Source of the DNA: Octopus vulgaris
Taxonomy: Eukaryota
Assembly: GCA_951406725.2 (NCBI GenBank)
Contig: OX597815.1
Location: 175,832,001 to 175,896,000 of the forward strand
Length of the DNA: 64,000 bases
Reading direction: 5' to 3'
Positions 52,199-64,000 of the stretch are shown here, in pieces. Made by a program: the position numbers and the translations under genes. Every line of letters begins with the position of its first letter. Positions within the stretch are counted from its first letter, which is position 1. The notes below the pieces were generated by a model. It saw nothing but the letters and a program-made list of their open reading frames with translations. It was not told where the DNA came from and did not search any database.

Positions 52199-53648
52199 TG
52201 TATATATATATACATACACACACACAAAGGGCGGAATTCTGTGAGTTTCCGCCAACCAAATCCACTCATAAAGCTTTGCTAGGCCCGTGGCTACAATTGA
52301 AGTTATTCACCCAAGGTGCGACGCTGAGTGTCTGAACCTTGATCCATGCCGTTGGGGAGCAAACTTCTTACTAGACAGACATGCCTGCACGTGTGGTAAT
52401 CAACTTCAAGGCATATTATGAAAGCAACTGATAGGCAGAGGATAAGTCTACCGTTTCAGATATCTGGAAGAAGCTCAAAATAATGGATGTCGTGAGATGA
52501 GCCACAATATTGATGAGAAACCCGGAAAATAGATGGTAGTACCCGGAGAAAATATATAACTAGAGTGTATGACTGGCTTTACAAGTTTTCTTCAAGCAGA
52601 AGGTTTACACCAAATGCCAAAAAGGTATTGTGTCACTTGCAAATGTAGGTTTGAAGTTGTAAAGAATGGTTGCTAGAGCTGCATAGAAGACATTTATCTA
52701 ACGAGAAGCTGACATTGTTAGACTGAATGGCAATTCCACCAACTCCACTTAAATTCACTGCAAAGAATATTGCTAAGGGAAGTCCTGCATGTACATCGTC
52801 GGAACTTCTTTTCACTTCTCTAATCGTGAACAGAATATGAATATTATAAGAGGAGCTCGCAGGAAATAAGGCGCTACAAACATCAAGCAATTTGGATAGG
52901 TTCTTCGCCTCTTCCCAGCAACTAATTTCACCACTTTAGTTCTGTCAGAGTAGAAAACATCTTTTGTGATCCTGTTGTGATATTACAATTCCCTAACTTA
53001 TATCTCTTCAAATATCCCTGTGTGTATGTATTGTTGTACGTAGGTTTAGCAATTGTTGTTTTCATGCTTAAACTTGATCTTGTTGTTTGTTGTTTGCTGT
53101 CGTTGACGTCTTTTGACGGAAATCCGTCGAAACGCATGATAGCTTCATAATATGAAAATCATAGGGAAAATCTATTTTGCGGCGTAGTATTTCACTCTGC
53201 CACATGATATACGAGAACTGACTATTTGCGCACGCAGGGTAGTCATCAACCAGTTTTGCTATCTTTGTATTGAATACACCCGTTGTTTAAGCAAGGCGTT
53301 TCAGCTGCTCATATGTATATATACACATGTATAGGTACACGCACATGCTAGTACAAATTAAACATACACACACACACACACACACACATACACACACACA
53401 CACACTCACGAGTATGAGTAAATGCGTTGATATCTGTTTTTGTGGGTAGGTGCCCACCTACTTGTACACGTATGCGTTTTTAGGATTTAATATACTCAAA
53501 CGGATTTTCTTACCTGCAAAATTTGCTTATTCGCAATAATATATAAATAAAACTGTTCTTGTGCATATGCATATGCACATATATGTGTATATGTGTGTTT
53601 GTGTGTGTGTGTGTGTGTGTATACACACATACACATATATACAGATAT

Positions 53649-53700
<52 letters not shown>

Positions 53701-53720
53701 GTGTGTGTGTGTGCTATGTA

Positions 53721-53760
<40 letters not shown>

Positions 53761-53810
53761 TAAATGTGTGTGTGCTATGAACAGACCGTACCCTCGCTAT
53801 ATATACATGC

Positions 53811-53847
<37 letters not shown>

Positions 53848-54515
53848 AACACATGTATATACATACATACATATAGATGCATGTATCTATCTATGTATGT
53901 ATATGTGTCTATGTATGTATGTATGTATGTATGTATGTATGTATGTATGTATGTATGTATGTATGTATGTATGTATGTATGTGTGTATGTATGTATGTAT
54001 GTATGTATGTATATGACAAATTGTAACTCATTCGACACTCTAGGGCATTACTTATTCAGTTTTTTTACATAGATCAGAGTTAGACAATACAATCTTGTAA
54101 GACAACCGTTCAGTTCCTATAGAAAGAAAAAAAAGCCGATTCTAGTGCATACAGAATTGTAAAATACTAAAGTAAACAAACCGGCATTGATTCCGTTCAT
54201 GTCGATTTGAAAAACTGACATCTGTGGATAATATGAGAAAATACGTTTATCGAGGATGTATACAATGTTCTACTTCTGGTGTTTGTCTAATGAGAATACA
54301 TATAAAACCCAATGTATAGGAATGGATGAGCGAAATTTCTTAGGCATTCATATGACCATTTCTATGCATACACGCACGCACTTAAATGCGCACACACACA
54401 CCATACCCTCCACATACACGCATTTACCCACTCACCGTATAAAAAAATATATATATATTATTATTATATGCATATATATGTGGATATGTGTGTCTGTATG
54501 TGCATACTATGACAT

Positions 54516-54573
<58 letters not shown>

Positions 54574-55850
54574 TATTATATGTCACACACACACACATAT
54601 AGTTGCATCCGTATACTGCTAGTACAAATAAGAAATTGAATACTCAAACTGCAGCGTATTTAAACTTCAAATTGAGGGAACGAAACGTATAGAATTCAAA
54701 ACCGTTTTCTCGGCAGAGACAATAAACAAAATTCATATACTTAATATATACACATGTATCCTTGTGCACGCATAGAAGCGCAAGCACGCACTCATATTTA
54801 TTTATATGAGTATGTTTGATGCATAACAAGAGAGTAGTATGTTTTTTGCATTTCTAAGTTTGCGAGAATATATTAAATGTAGTGCGTGAGTGGAAATTTT
54901 GAAATCGTGTTTTATTTAGCGATGTCGTTTTGTGCATTGAAGTATTTCTCAATATGTACTTATTCATTTTACTGTAAAACGGTGTTGAAGGATGCCTGTT
55001 GATTATTATCGACAGAGAATGATTTATGCACACAACAGAGCATTGCAGAAGCGTCTTGTTGTTGGGCTTTGGTATTAAGCTAAGATCATACTAACATTGC
55101 AAACGCGAGGCAATGATCAAGTCGGACGAAGCGTAATGGTGTAATATAACAATTGACCCATACATACATACATACATACATACATACATACATACATACA
55201 TACATACATACATACATACATACATACATACATACATACATACTATTGAGAAATCGGTGCCGGTGTAGTATGTGATCTACATACATGCTTCTGGTATAGC
55301 AGGTGATCTACACCGACTTTTTGATCTACATTTAAAATTCATCTATTTACTCGACTTCCGGTTGGTTTGGTATATAAACCAACAGAGCTCTAATGAGCTC
55401 TTTTGATGAGAGCTAAAGAATTTTTACACACAGGTTATTCAAGATGAAGAAGCTGCATTAGAATTACCCCAACAACATCTGTTTTTTAAAATTAAGACCT
55501 TGACCAATTCAAATACAAAAAATTTTTTTTCCTTAAAAGGCCACTAAGTATTAAACTGACCATACGAATACAAAAGCCACACCTCTATACCTCCCCTCCT
55601 TCTGAAAAAAAATTTGATTCTTTCTACTCCCTTGCTTGGCTAACCCCACAAAATTCTTTATATATAAAAGGAGCAAGAAACCTAACTTTAAAGCACATTT
55701 TGAAACATCCGATAACGGAAGAAAGCGATGAAAAAATTTTAATAAAATATATATATAATCATCCAACATTCTGATTACTTTATTATTCCAAATATACAAT
55801 ATCTGTACATCACTTTCTCTCTCTCTCATTTAATATGTATATATATATAT

Positions 55851-56173
55851 GGGTACAGGACATCACAAAACAAACAATATGAAATACGAAAGGCAAAATT
55901 GGGTATGCGAACAACGAGGGAAACAAATGGGAAACAAGACAAGTAACATAAAGAACGACCCTTCATCACATGTCGGCTGTCCATCTACTCCTCATTTTGA
56001 GTAATTGTCTTAAATTGCTCGAAATGAGGAGTAGATGGACAGCCGACATGTGATGAAGGGTCGTTCTTTATGTTACTTGTCTTGTTTTCCATTTGTTTCT
56101 CTCGTTGTTCGCACACCCAAGTTTGTCTTCGTATTTCATGTTGTTTACATTCGCTTTGTGACGTCCTGTACCC
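55851..56173. repeat. Long foldback (inverted repeat, ~155-bp arms, ~6-nt loop) in (TA)n
   Basis: gggtacagga...ctcattttgagtaatt / aattgctcgaaatgag...tcctgtaccc; the inner ~65 bp of the arms are identical. Confidence 0.9.
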
Positions 56174-56480
56174 ATATACATATATATGCATATATGTATG
56201 TATATATTTTATTTATATTATTATATAATTGAATGCCACACATGCATTTCCAAGTAAGTTTATCTATCTATCTATCTATCTATCTATATATATATATATT
56301 TTGGAGGCGAACACCTTTCTCCATGTGATCGGCTTAAAAATTTGTTAAGACACTAGGATATATTCCTACTTTTCTTAACCGATGGTAGCCTTAATTCAGA
56401 AATAAAGAAATTATATATCCAGCAATGCGGTGTTGAGCCCTCATTTCATCGTTCGATATTTACGTATATATACACATACA

Positions 56481-56550
<70 letters not shown>

Positions 56551-57633
56551 TATGTATATGTATGTATATATATATACATATTGTTGTTGTTGTTGCCCCC
56601 TTTTACATAATGAATTTGCCTAGCATATATACTATACCGCTTTGCATAAAACTTTAGCTATATGGGTGCTTCTGGCTATCATTTTTTAAGGATTCTAATG
56701 TGTCAATATTTTAACAAAATGATGGTACCATTTTTTAATTATAGTGTTACTTTGTAAATTAAAATCAAATAGTTTTTAATATTCAAGTTTCATCCTTAGC
56801 TGCAATATTTTAAGTAAAAAATTTCTTGTTCTGTTCTTTACCAGATGTAATATGTTGTCCTGAACTTTCCCAAGTGTTATAACTTGTCCTGTACATTGTC
56901 AGGTTTATAATCTTAAGAATATTATTTCTTTTGCTCGCATTTTTCCATGTAAAGAAGAGATACAAATGAAACGTGAAAAAATAGAGTAATTAATAGGCAA
57001 CTGATGAAAATATGAATGTAGATTTATTATCAATGAAATTATGAATGTGAAAGATTTATGAGCGTGTAAATTTTATTGTTTGGATAAGATATATGAAAGC
57101 CAATGGAAGTCTCAAATGTTTTAAACTACACAGATAGAAATTAAAGGAAGGAAAAAGAGGAATGAATGAAAGCCTGCCACGACGAGTTGTCGGTTCTGAA
57201 AAATGACTTCTTAGAAAGATGCGGTTCGCATGTGGGCAACGTTAGATGGGATTAATTTATTTATATACTTAGAGAGCTGTTGAGTGTGGCAGGTAGCTGC
57301 CGGAAGGCTAGCCGAGTAGCATGATTGAAAGTTTGGTTACATTTATATAACATACATACATATACACCTGTATACTCATATATACGTGTACACACACATA
57401 CACACAAATTTACTGTGTGCAAAGAATATAATAAGATATATTCACACCTGTTTAAAGTTCCACAGCGGAAGAATTAAAACTGTAGCTTAAGTTCTTTAGA
57501 TTATCTTAGGTTTTCTTATACAAACTATTTTCTGCTCGTAACTATAAATTAATTCAGACATACAAATATACAGACACAAGCGTATCATGTGTGATATTTA
57601 TGTATGTGTATGTATAGCATATACCATACATAG

Positions 57634-57669
<36 letters not shown>

Positions 57670-58290
57670 ATGTATTGACAGTGAGAGGTTCTGTGGAGTC
57701 TCGTACATTTTACGAGTCCGGATGATGTCATTCGGACACATGAGACGGATGATCTCTCGGAAGGCCTTCGCACTATCAACATAGAGCATACAACCTACTT
57801 AAATGTAGCGAATCCTCATTTCAGCTCTGGTCTTCCCAAGTGTATACTAGACATATTGATGTGACAAACTGTCGTGAACAAAATCTGTTTCATTACTAAG
57901 CGATAAACTATATTGGAACAAACAGTGACGTCTCCAGATAGTAAGGAATAAAATATGTGTCGTAAGCATTAAATACACGAATGCATTCCAAAATAGAGAA
58001 AAGCGAGTTCATTATTATTATTATAATTGTTATTATTATTGCTGTTGTTGTTGTTATTGTAATTGATGTAAATTTCGTAGGCGGCAAATTAGGAGGAGTC
58101 TTGTGGTAAGGGGTAAAATGATGTCTAGAATATTCACCGTAACAATTTTTGCTGCGGGGAAAATTTGCAGTAAATTCGCTTGGAATTTTCATGTATTAAA
58201 TGACGTCATCACGATTTTTTAATGCTTGACGTTGAAGACTTACCTGTTTCGTACTTATATAATTTTTTTTTAATTTAAAAAGTGATGTTA

Positions 58291-58642
58291 TTACCTCCAC
58301 CAAGGAAGGAGGTTATGTTTTCATCGGCGTTGGTTTGTCCGTCTGTCCGTCTGTGTGCAAAATGACTCTAAAAGTTGCGAACGGTATTTGATGAAACTTG
58401 CAGGAAAAGTTGATAATGACACAAGGAACAGATGATGAAATTTTGGTAGTGATCCTGGAATTTGTATGGATTCTTGAAGGATTTTTCCTTTGTTATATTT
58501 ACTTTACAATGTTACGTTCTTTGATTATCTCCCTTGAAAACACATTCATCATTTCCACATTGCTGCTTCCAAAGTTTATTTTCGTTTCTCTATTAGTAAT
58601 TTTACTCACGTATCTATCTTAAAATGAGCTGCTTGGCGGAGG
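58291..58642 (+). mobile_element. Helentron/HINE-like non-autonomous element, 3' terminus lost
   Basis: Subterminal inverted repeats cctccaccaag / cttggcggagg, with an internal (GTCC/GTCT) microsatellite. Confidence 0.6.
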
Positions 58643-59125
58643 ATGACATGACAAGCCCTGACTATTGGGATCGACTCAAAAATCTCAAGCATTGCTCCCT
58701 CCACTGCCGCTGTGAGCTCTATATTAAACTGTATGATGTGGAAAATATTCCATCAGCATTGCCCATCTATAAAATTCGTCCGAGGCTTGGCCCCCATGCC
58801 ATCCGTCCACTACAGAAATGTTCGTGTCGTATCACAACACTATGACAGAACTATTTCACCTCAATTGGCCCTGCTCTCTTCAACATCGTGCCAGACACAC
58901 ATAAAGGAGGAAAGTGACCCCACGGCATTCAAACGATCCCTAGATGATTAACCTCAACAAATACCAGATAAACCAACCACACCCAGATATATCTCTGAAA
59001 ACAATAACCCTCTGCTTGAATGGGCTACAGTTCCCCAGAGCTGACTGTGTATCTCTTCCAGGTGGTGCTATTAAATTAGACATGGCCTGAGTCAACTTCG
59101 GCCGAAACTTATCTAAGTAATCTAA
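58643..59125 (+). mobile_element. CR1/L2-group LINE 3' end
   Basis: Translation DDMTSPDYWDRLKNLKHCSL.. and later GPALFNIVP...FKRSLD; ends in a short tandem tail (atctaagtaatcta). Confidence 0.75.
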
Positions 59126-59502
59126 TCTATGCTGTAACCTTTTAATCAAAGCATGACAACGTGGGTAGAGGCTGATATCTTAACATTTCTGATGGTCTTA
59201 TGTATAAAAAAAATTATTAACGATTTATATAGAACTACATTCAGAGTATGTCTATAAGCTATTGTGTTTAGACCTGATTTCTATCCTCAAACTGTTCCGT
59301 CTTGTAGATGCAGGGCTTTTTTTTTAAATAAAGCACTCCGAAATTAGAAAAATCAAAAATCTGCAACAATCTCGGTCCCATGAGTACCGGATAATTGATT
59401 TTTAACTGTGTAAAGAAACTGATTTTGGTGATCGTAGTGTTGACGGTGATTGTGGTGAAAGCAGAGACAGTGTTGATGATGACGATGGTCGAGATAAGTA
59501 TG

Positions 59503-59622
59503 GGAAGAGGTTATGTTTTTGCCGGCGTTGGTTTGGAAAATTAGGCGATTTTCAGCATGCGTGTATATGGGTGGAAATGAGCTGCTTGGCGGAGGTCTGC
59601 ACTCTCCGAGTGGTCTTCTAGT
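59503..59622 (+). mobile_element. Internally deleted HINE-like copy with intact 3' end
   Basis: gaggttatgtttt..ggcgttggtttg ... cttggcggagg, then hairpin cactc(tcc)gagtg and ctagtt. Confidence 0.6.
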
Positions 59623-60739
59623 TATTAATACGGCGAAGTTCCTACTCAAAAATGTTTGCGGAAAATGCATATACACAAACAAATACACTACCACACACAC
59701 ACACACATGCATGAGTGCTTATATTTGTGTGTATAATTAGATTATAACTTGATATAATCTGACAAAAACTTGACCGCACATTTACATGCCATTTGTCCCG
59801 CTCAAAATAAAGAGAATTATACGGTAACAAACACTAATTTTGTCAATGTATTGAGGCATAAGCACACATTCAGAACAACCCTTTCGCTATCCCGACACCC
59901 CACGCCCATCGGTGTACGGGTACAGTCAAATGTTCTGTAGCCATTGAAGGCCCGGACAGGAAACATAAATATACATCGATGCTTGAGATTTATAGAGCCA
60001 TAAGCAGCTCTGCATAAGGATTTAGATTAAAATAATGAGATTATATCACTCTTCATGGAGCACATGCATTGGGATGTAAAATGATGCAAAGCTAACACTC
60101 GAGAGATGACAAACTTTTGCCGCACGCCATCGGTTTGGTTCTGCCTAATAGCGTTAAGTGAAGTGTGCCATTTGAAAGCCTAATGTCTAGAAAATGTGTT
60201 TTGTATAGCCATGCTGAAAGCAAACTGACTGCCAAACCAATGGTTAATCTTGTGCCACTCTGAAGACTCACTCCTTTATCTCAATGTACACCCAGTGATA
60301 GAACAAAAAGGTAAAATTTGAACTTTAAAATCAGGAACAAACCAAATAAATTGTTGAGCTGAGACATCATTAAATATCTTTTCAAGGTGATGCTATTACG
60401 TCAGTCGTGGCCTGGGCCATTTCTGATCAAAACATACCTAAGTATCTAATACAATGAAACCACGGGTTATGAATTTAATTTGTTCGTGAAGGCCATTCAT
60501 CACCCGAAGTGTTCGTGAACCGAAACTATTTTCCCATTCGAAATCCAAGAGAATCGCACGGCGCATTCGAGTAGCAATGTGCACTGAGCAGAAGCTAGCA
60601 ACTGACGCTCTCCCGCTGATACTCCCGGCTTGTTGCCAACCATTGATGCCAACCCGCGTGTTCGTCAAAGCAGCTATACGGCTTGACTAATATTTAACCC
60701 GAGGAAAATGTGACTTTGTAGTGTAGAGTAGGATCGACT

Positions 60740-61060
60740 GACTGCAATAAAATCTTGTTTTTCTTTGAATTGATTGACTGTTCTGCGCGTAGAGAAAAAT
60801 GGATCTCTCCGTCTATATACGCACAAAGTCTTTGGAGATGTTTCGGCTATCTGGCTGTGTATGTGATGGATCCCATACAGGTACATGTATGGCAATACAT
60901 ACATACATTTTATTGCTGTAATTTAAACAGAACTAGAGAGTTTTTTAAATACATTTACATATGTAAAATACTGACTTACGGAACGAGCAAATGGGAGATC
61001 TACTACGTGACTGTACAAACGTCTATAAATAGCAGTAGGGTTTTCTCCGATCACATTCTA
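60740..61060 (+). mobile_element. Possible decayed Gypsy-like RNase H remnant
   Basis: FELIDCS and YMYG-like fragments in RNase H order; frameshifted. Confidence 0.2.
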
Positions 61061-61241
61061 TATTATAGGGACGAAAACCATATCCAGTGATGTAGTCATG
61101 GATATTCAAAAAGAAGGGACGTTCTTGGCGGGAAAGCCTCTGAACTTAAATGTTTAGCCCCAGACAATCTGGGCAAAACAACCACATGGAAGTACAGTAT
61201 CTATTGGTTTCAGTTCAATTGGTGTAAATTCTTTAGATTGA

Positions 61242-61280
<39 letters not shown>

Positions 61281-61300
61281 TCATTATATATATATATATA

Positions 61301-61681
61301 CTAGCAGGATCGCCCGGTGTTGCTCGGGTTTCTTTCGACCCTTTAGAATTGGAATTTTTGAAAAGTAAAAATTTTGCCTTAAGTAGCTTCTTATTCTGTT
61401 TAAGTGAACATTGTTCTGGTTGAAATACACCGAATAATGGCGACACAGCAGTCAAAAAATCGTAAAAAATAGGGATTTTCATAGAAAAAAAGCACCATTT
61501 TGATGTTAATAATTTTTTATGTTAACATGGTCCGCTTCAACGGAAGGAAGAGCAAGCCTTCTTCTATCATACTCTCAATTTTGGTCAACTTGCGCCGCAG
61601 GGTCTCGGAGGAGATAGTGTTAGTTGAAGGCTACCAAACCTGCCACACACAGACAACTTCAGCTTTATATATATATATAGA
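61301..61681 (-). mobile_element. Non-autonomous Helitron
   Basis: Minus strand begins A|TCTATATATATATATAAAG and has a 3' hairpin cccgagcaacaccggg ~8 nt before CTAG|T. Confidence 0.8.
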
Positions 61682-62134
61682 TAAGTCGGATGCCTTAATG
61701 AATTTCGATATTTTACACTTTTCTATTCACCAGCAGTCAGTAATCACTTGGGTCAAAATTATTTATACTCCTGATAAAGGAAGAAGTGCTTAACGAATGT
61801 CTTACACGTACACACACACACATACACATACACGCGCGCGCGCGATAGACGCACACACACACATAGGCACATAGACCAACACACATATAAACACGCACAC
61901 ACACACACGCACATATATAAGTTTATCTGCTTCAGAGTAGATTTGGCGCAGCGCCAGCCAAGGATGTGCTTGAGGCGAAATTGTAGTGAAGCAGATGTTA
62001 AAACAATACGCACGAGCACAAACACATACATACCCACACATAAAAACATGCATCATTTTGGATCCTTTATACATACACACACATTCACACACATGTACAT
62101 GTATGCATGGATGTACTCTGTGTGTGTGTGTGTT

Positions 62135-62167
<33 letters not shown>

Positions 62168-62390
62168 GCACATACGTATTACGTAATATATGTATATGTA
62201 TGTAGGTATGCATAGCGAGTTAATATTCTTTTCCTATTTTCAGGTATGATAAAAACAATTTTACATTAATCTGATGGGTTATTCAATACTTTTGTAGAGT
62301 ATAAATTTATTACTCTTTAACAAGAATATGGCGATGGCGGCAAAACTGACAGAAACTTAGAAATCACTGTCGACAATACTGTTGTTGAAG

Positions 62391-62459
<69 letters not shown>

Positions 62460-62471
<12 letters not shown>

Positions 62472-62498
62472 CATATACACTTATACACACACTCACAA

Positions 62499-62537
<39 letters not shown>

Positions 62538-62733
62538 CCAATGATAATAATAAGGGTTATTACGAAGTGGCATATCATTACCTTTAATTCCTTTTTATAT
62601 ATAGACCAACACATGTTTCTACTTTAATATTAAAGTGAAGACCCTGAGAAATCTGCACCGGTATTATCGTAAGTTTGCAACTACATCAGTTACTAAGCGA
62701 TGCAGTAAGAACATGTGTAGGTCTATTCGAAGC

Positions 62734-62767
<34 letters not shown>

Positions 62768-62791
62768 CATATACACTTATACACACACTCA

Positions 62792-62857
<66 letters not shown>

Positions 62858-63055
62858 AATGATAATAATAAGGGTTATTACGAAGTGGCATATCATTACC
62901 TTTAATTCCTTTTTATATATAGACCAACACATGTTTCTACTTTAATATTAAAGTGAAGACCCTGAGAAATCTGCACCGGTATTATCGTAAGTTTGCAACT
63001 ACATCAGTTACTAAGCGATGCAGTAAGAACATGTGTAGGTCTATTCGAAGCTCTG
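62460..63055 (+). repeat. Tandem duplication, period ~318 bp
   Basis: 62535-62733 is essentially identical to 62853-63051; the junctions lie in (GT)n/(CA)n/(TA)n. Confidence 0.9.
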
Positions 63056-63131
63056 TGTGTGTGTGTGTGTGTGTGTGTGTATCTATATATAAAGGAATTA
63101 AAAGTAATGCTATGCCACTTCGTAATAATCC

Positions 63132-63169
<38 letters not shown>

Positions 63170-63376
63170 ATTATTATTATTATCATTATTATTGATATTA
63201 TATACTCCAGGAAACATATATGGTTAAGGTAATATATTTAGAGTTATCCAACGGAATATATCTCTAAATTCTTATCGTATGAGAATCATTATTGAATTGA
63301 TATATTAACCGTTGAATAACCTATTTTGAATACCCAACTGTGAGCGAACTGGCAAACATTTGGAGAATTACCCTAC

Positions 63377-63416
<40 letters not shown>

Positions 63417-63591
63417 TAAAGAATTCAGGTTAAGAAAATACGTGTTAAACACTGTATCGAAACCTTATTTGAGCACAAGTCCCAGGTCGTGTGTCTGCGG
63501 AGCACGTTCACCACTTATGGCTACCAGGAATCATCAGCGATACTTAGCAAACATCGTTGTAATAATTCCAGGTAGACGTTGGGTATATATT

Positions 63592-63803
63592 TATTTCTTT
63601 ATTACCCACAAGGGGATAAACATAGAGGGGACAAACAAGGACAGACAAACGTCTTAAGTCGATTACATCGACCCTAGTGCGTAACTTGTACTTAATTTAT
63701 CGACCCCGAAAGAATGAAAGGCAAAGTCGACCTCGGCGGAATTTGAACTCAGAACGTAACGGTAGACGAACACCCAACAAACGATTCTGCCAGATCGCTA
63801 CCT
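63592..63803 (-). mobile_element. SINE family 1 copy, head-to-head with the 63828 copy
   Basis: Reverse complement of the same head and core, plus 3' tail tgtccttgtttgtcccctctatgttta.ccccttgtggg.aataaagaaat. Confidence 0.8.
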
Positions 63804-63827
63804 TTGGGTATATATTGAAGGTAAAAA

Positions 63828-64000
63828 GGCGGCGAGCTGGCAGAATCGTTAGCACGCCGGGTGAAATGCGTAGCCGTATCTCGTCTGCCGTTACGTTCTG
63901 AGTTCAAATTCCGCCGAGGTCGACTTTGTCTTTCATCCTTTCAGGGTCGATTAAATAAGTACCAGTTTCGCACTGGGGTTGATGTAATCGACTTAATCGC
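63828..64000 (+). mobile_element. tRNA-derived SINE with a Meta-type core (high-copy family 1)
   Basis: Head ggcggcgagctggcagaatcgttagc (A-box-like), B-box-like gagttcaaattcc, and core gtcgactttgtctttcatcctttcagggtcgattaaataagtacc. Confidence 0.8.

Larger units (their letters stand above)
50390..52950 (+). mobile_element. Fragmented pogo/Tigger-like DNA transposon remnant hosting younger insertions
   Basis: LDYKLDALKMFDAGENISHIAKTL (CENP-B-type HTH) at ~50460, APSHP at ~51502 and VVINFKAYY at ~52393 occur in the expected order. Confidence 0.5.

Noticed and set aside
62225-62270. Acceptor-like ttttcag as the GPCR second exon
   Set aside because: Phase-0 reading gives GTA TGA (an immediate stop), and no TM6/TM7 motifs follow.
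63828-63915. tRNA gene
   Set aside because: The A/B-box-like head continues into a multi-copy SINE core and forms no proper cloverleaf.

Overview
AT-rich eukaryotic DNA saturated with (TA)n, (CA)n, (TATG)n and (TAA)n microsatellites. The repeat content suggests an octopod cephalopod (inference). I found only one convincing host coding exon: the first coding exon (16240-17145, +) of a rhodopsin-class neuropeptide GPCR, covering the N-terminus to ICL3 and ending at a phase-0 AAG|GTAAG donor. No TM6-TM7 exon is visible, so the remaining ~47 kb is probably one large intron. The rest is a mobile-element landscape: tRNA-type SINEs; CR1, Tx1/L1, RTE and R4/Dong-type LINE fragments; Penelope-like RT fragments; mariner, maT and pogo remnants; and non-autonomous Helitrons/Helentrons. 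The most interesting signal is a set of type I hammerhead ribozyme (HHR) motifs (CTGAnGA-stem II-GAAA-palindromic stem III-UH). Many sit in ~200-bp non-coding cassettes inserted in (TA)n tracts. Four sense copies cluster at 49.1-51.9 kb, and three antisense relatives at 19-31 kb lie in nested inverted order. There are also several long foldback hairpins, some folding next to HHR-like GAAA motifs. All calls are by eye; no database search or folding software was run.
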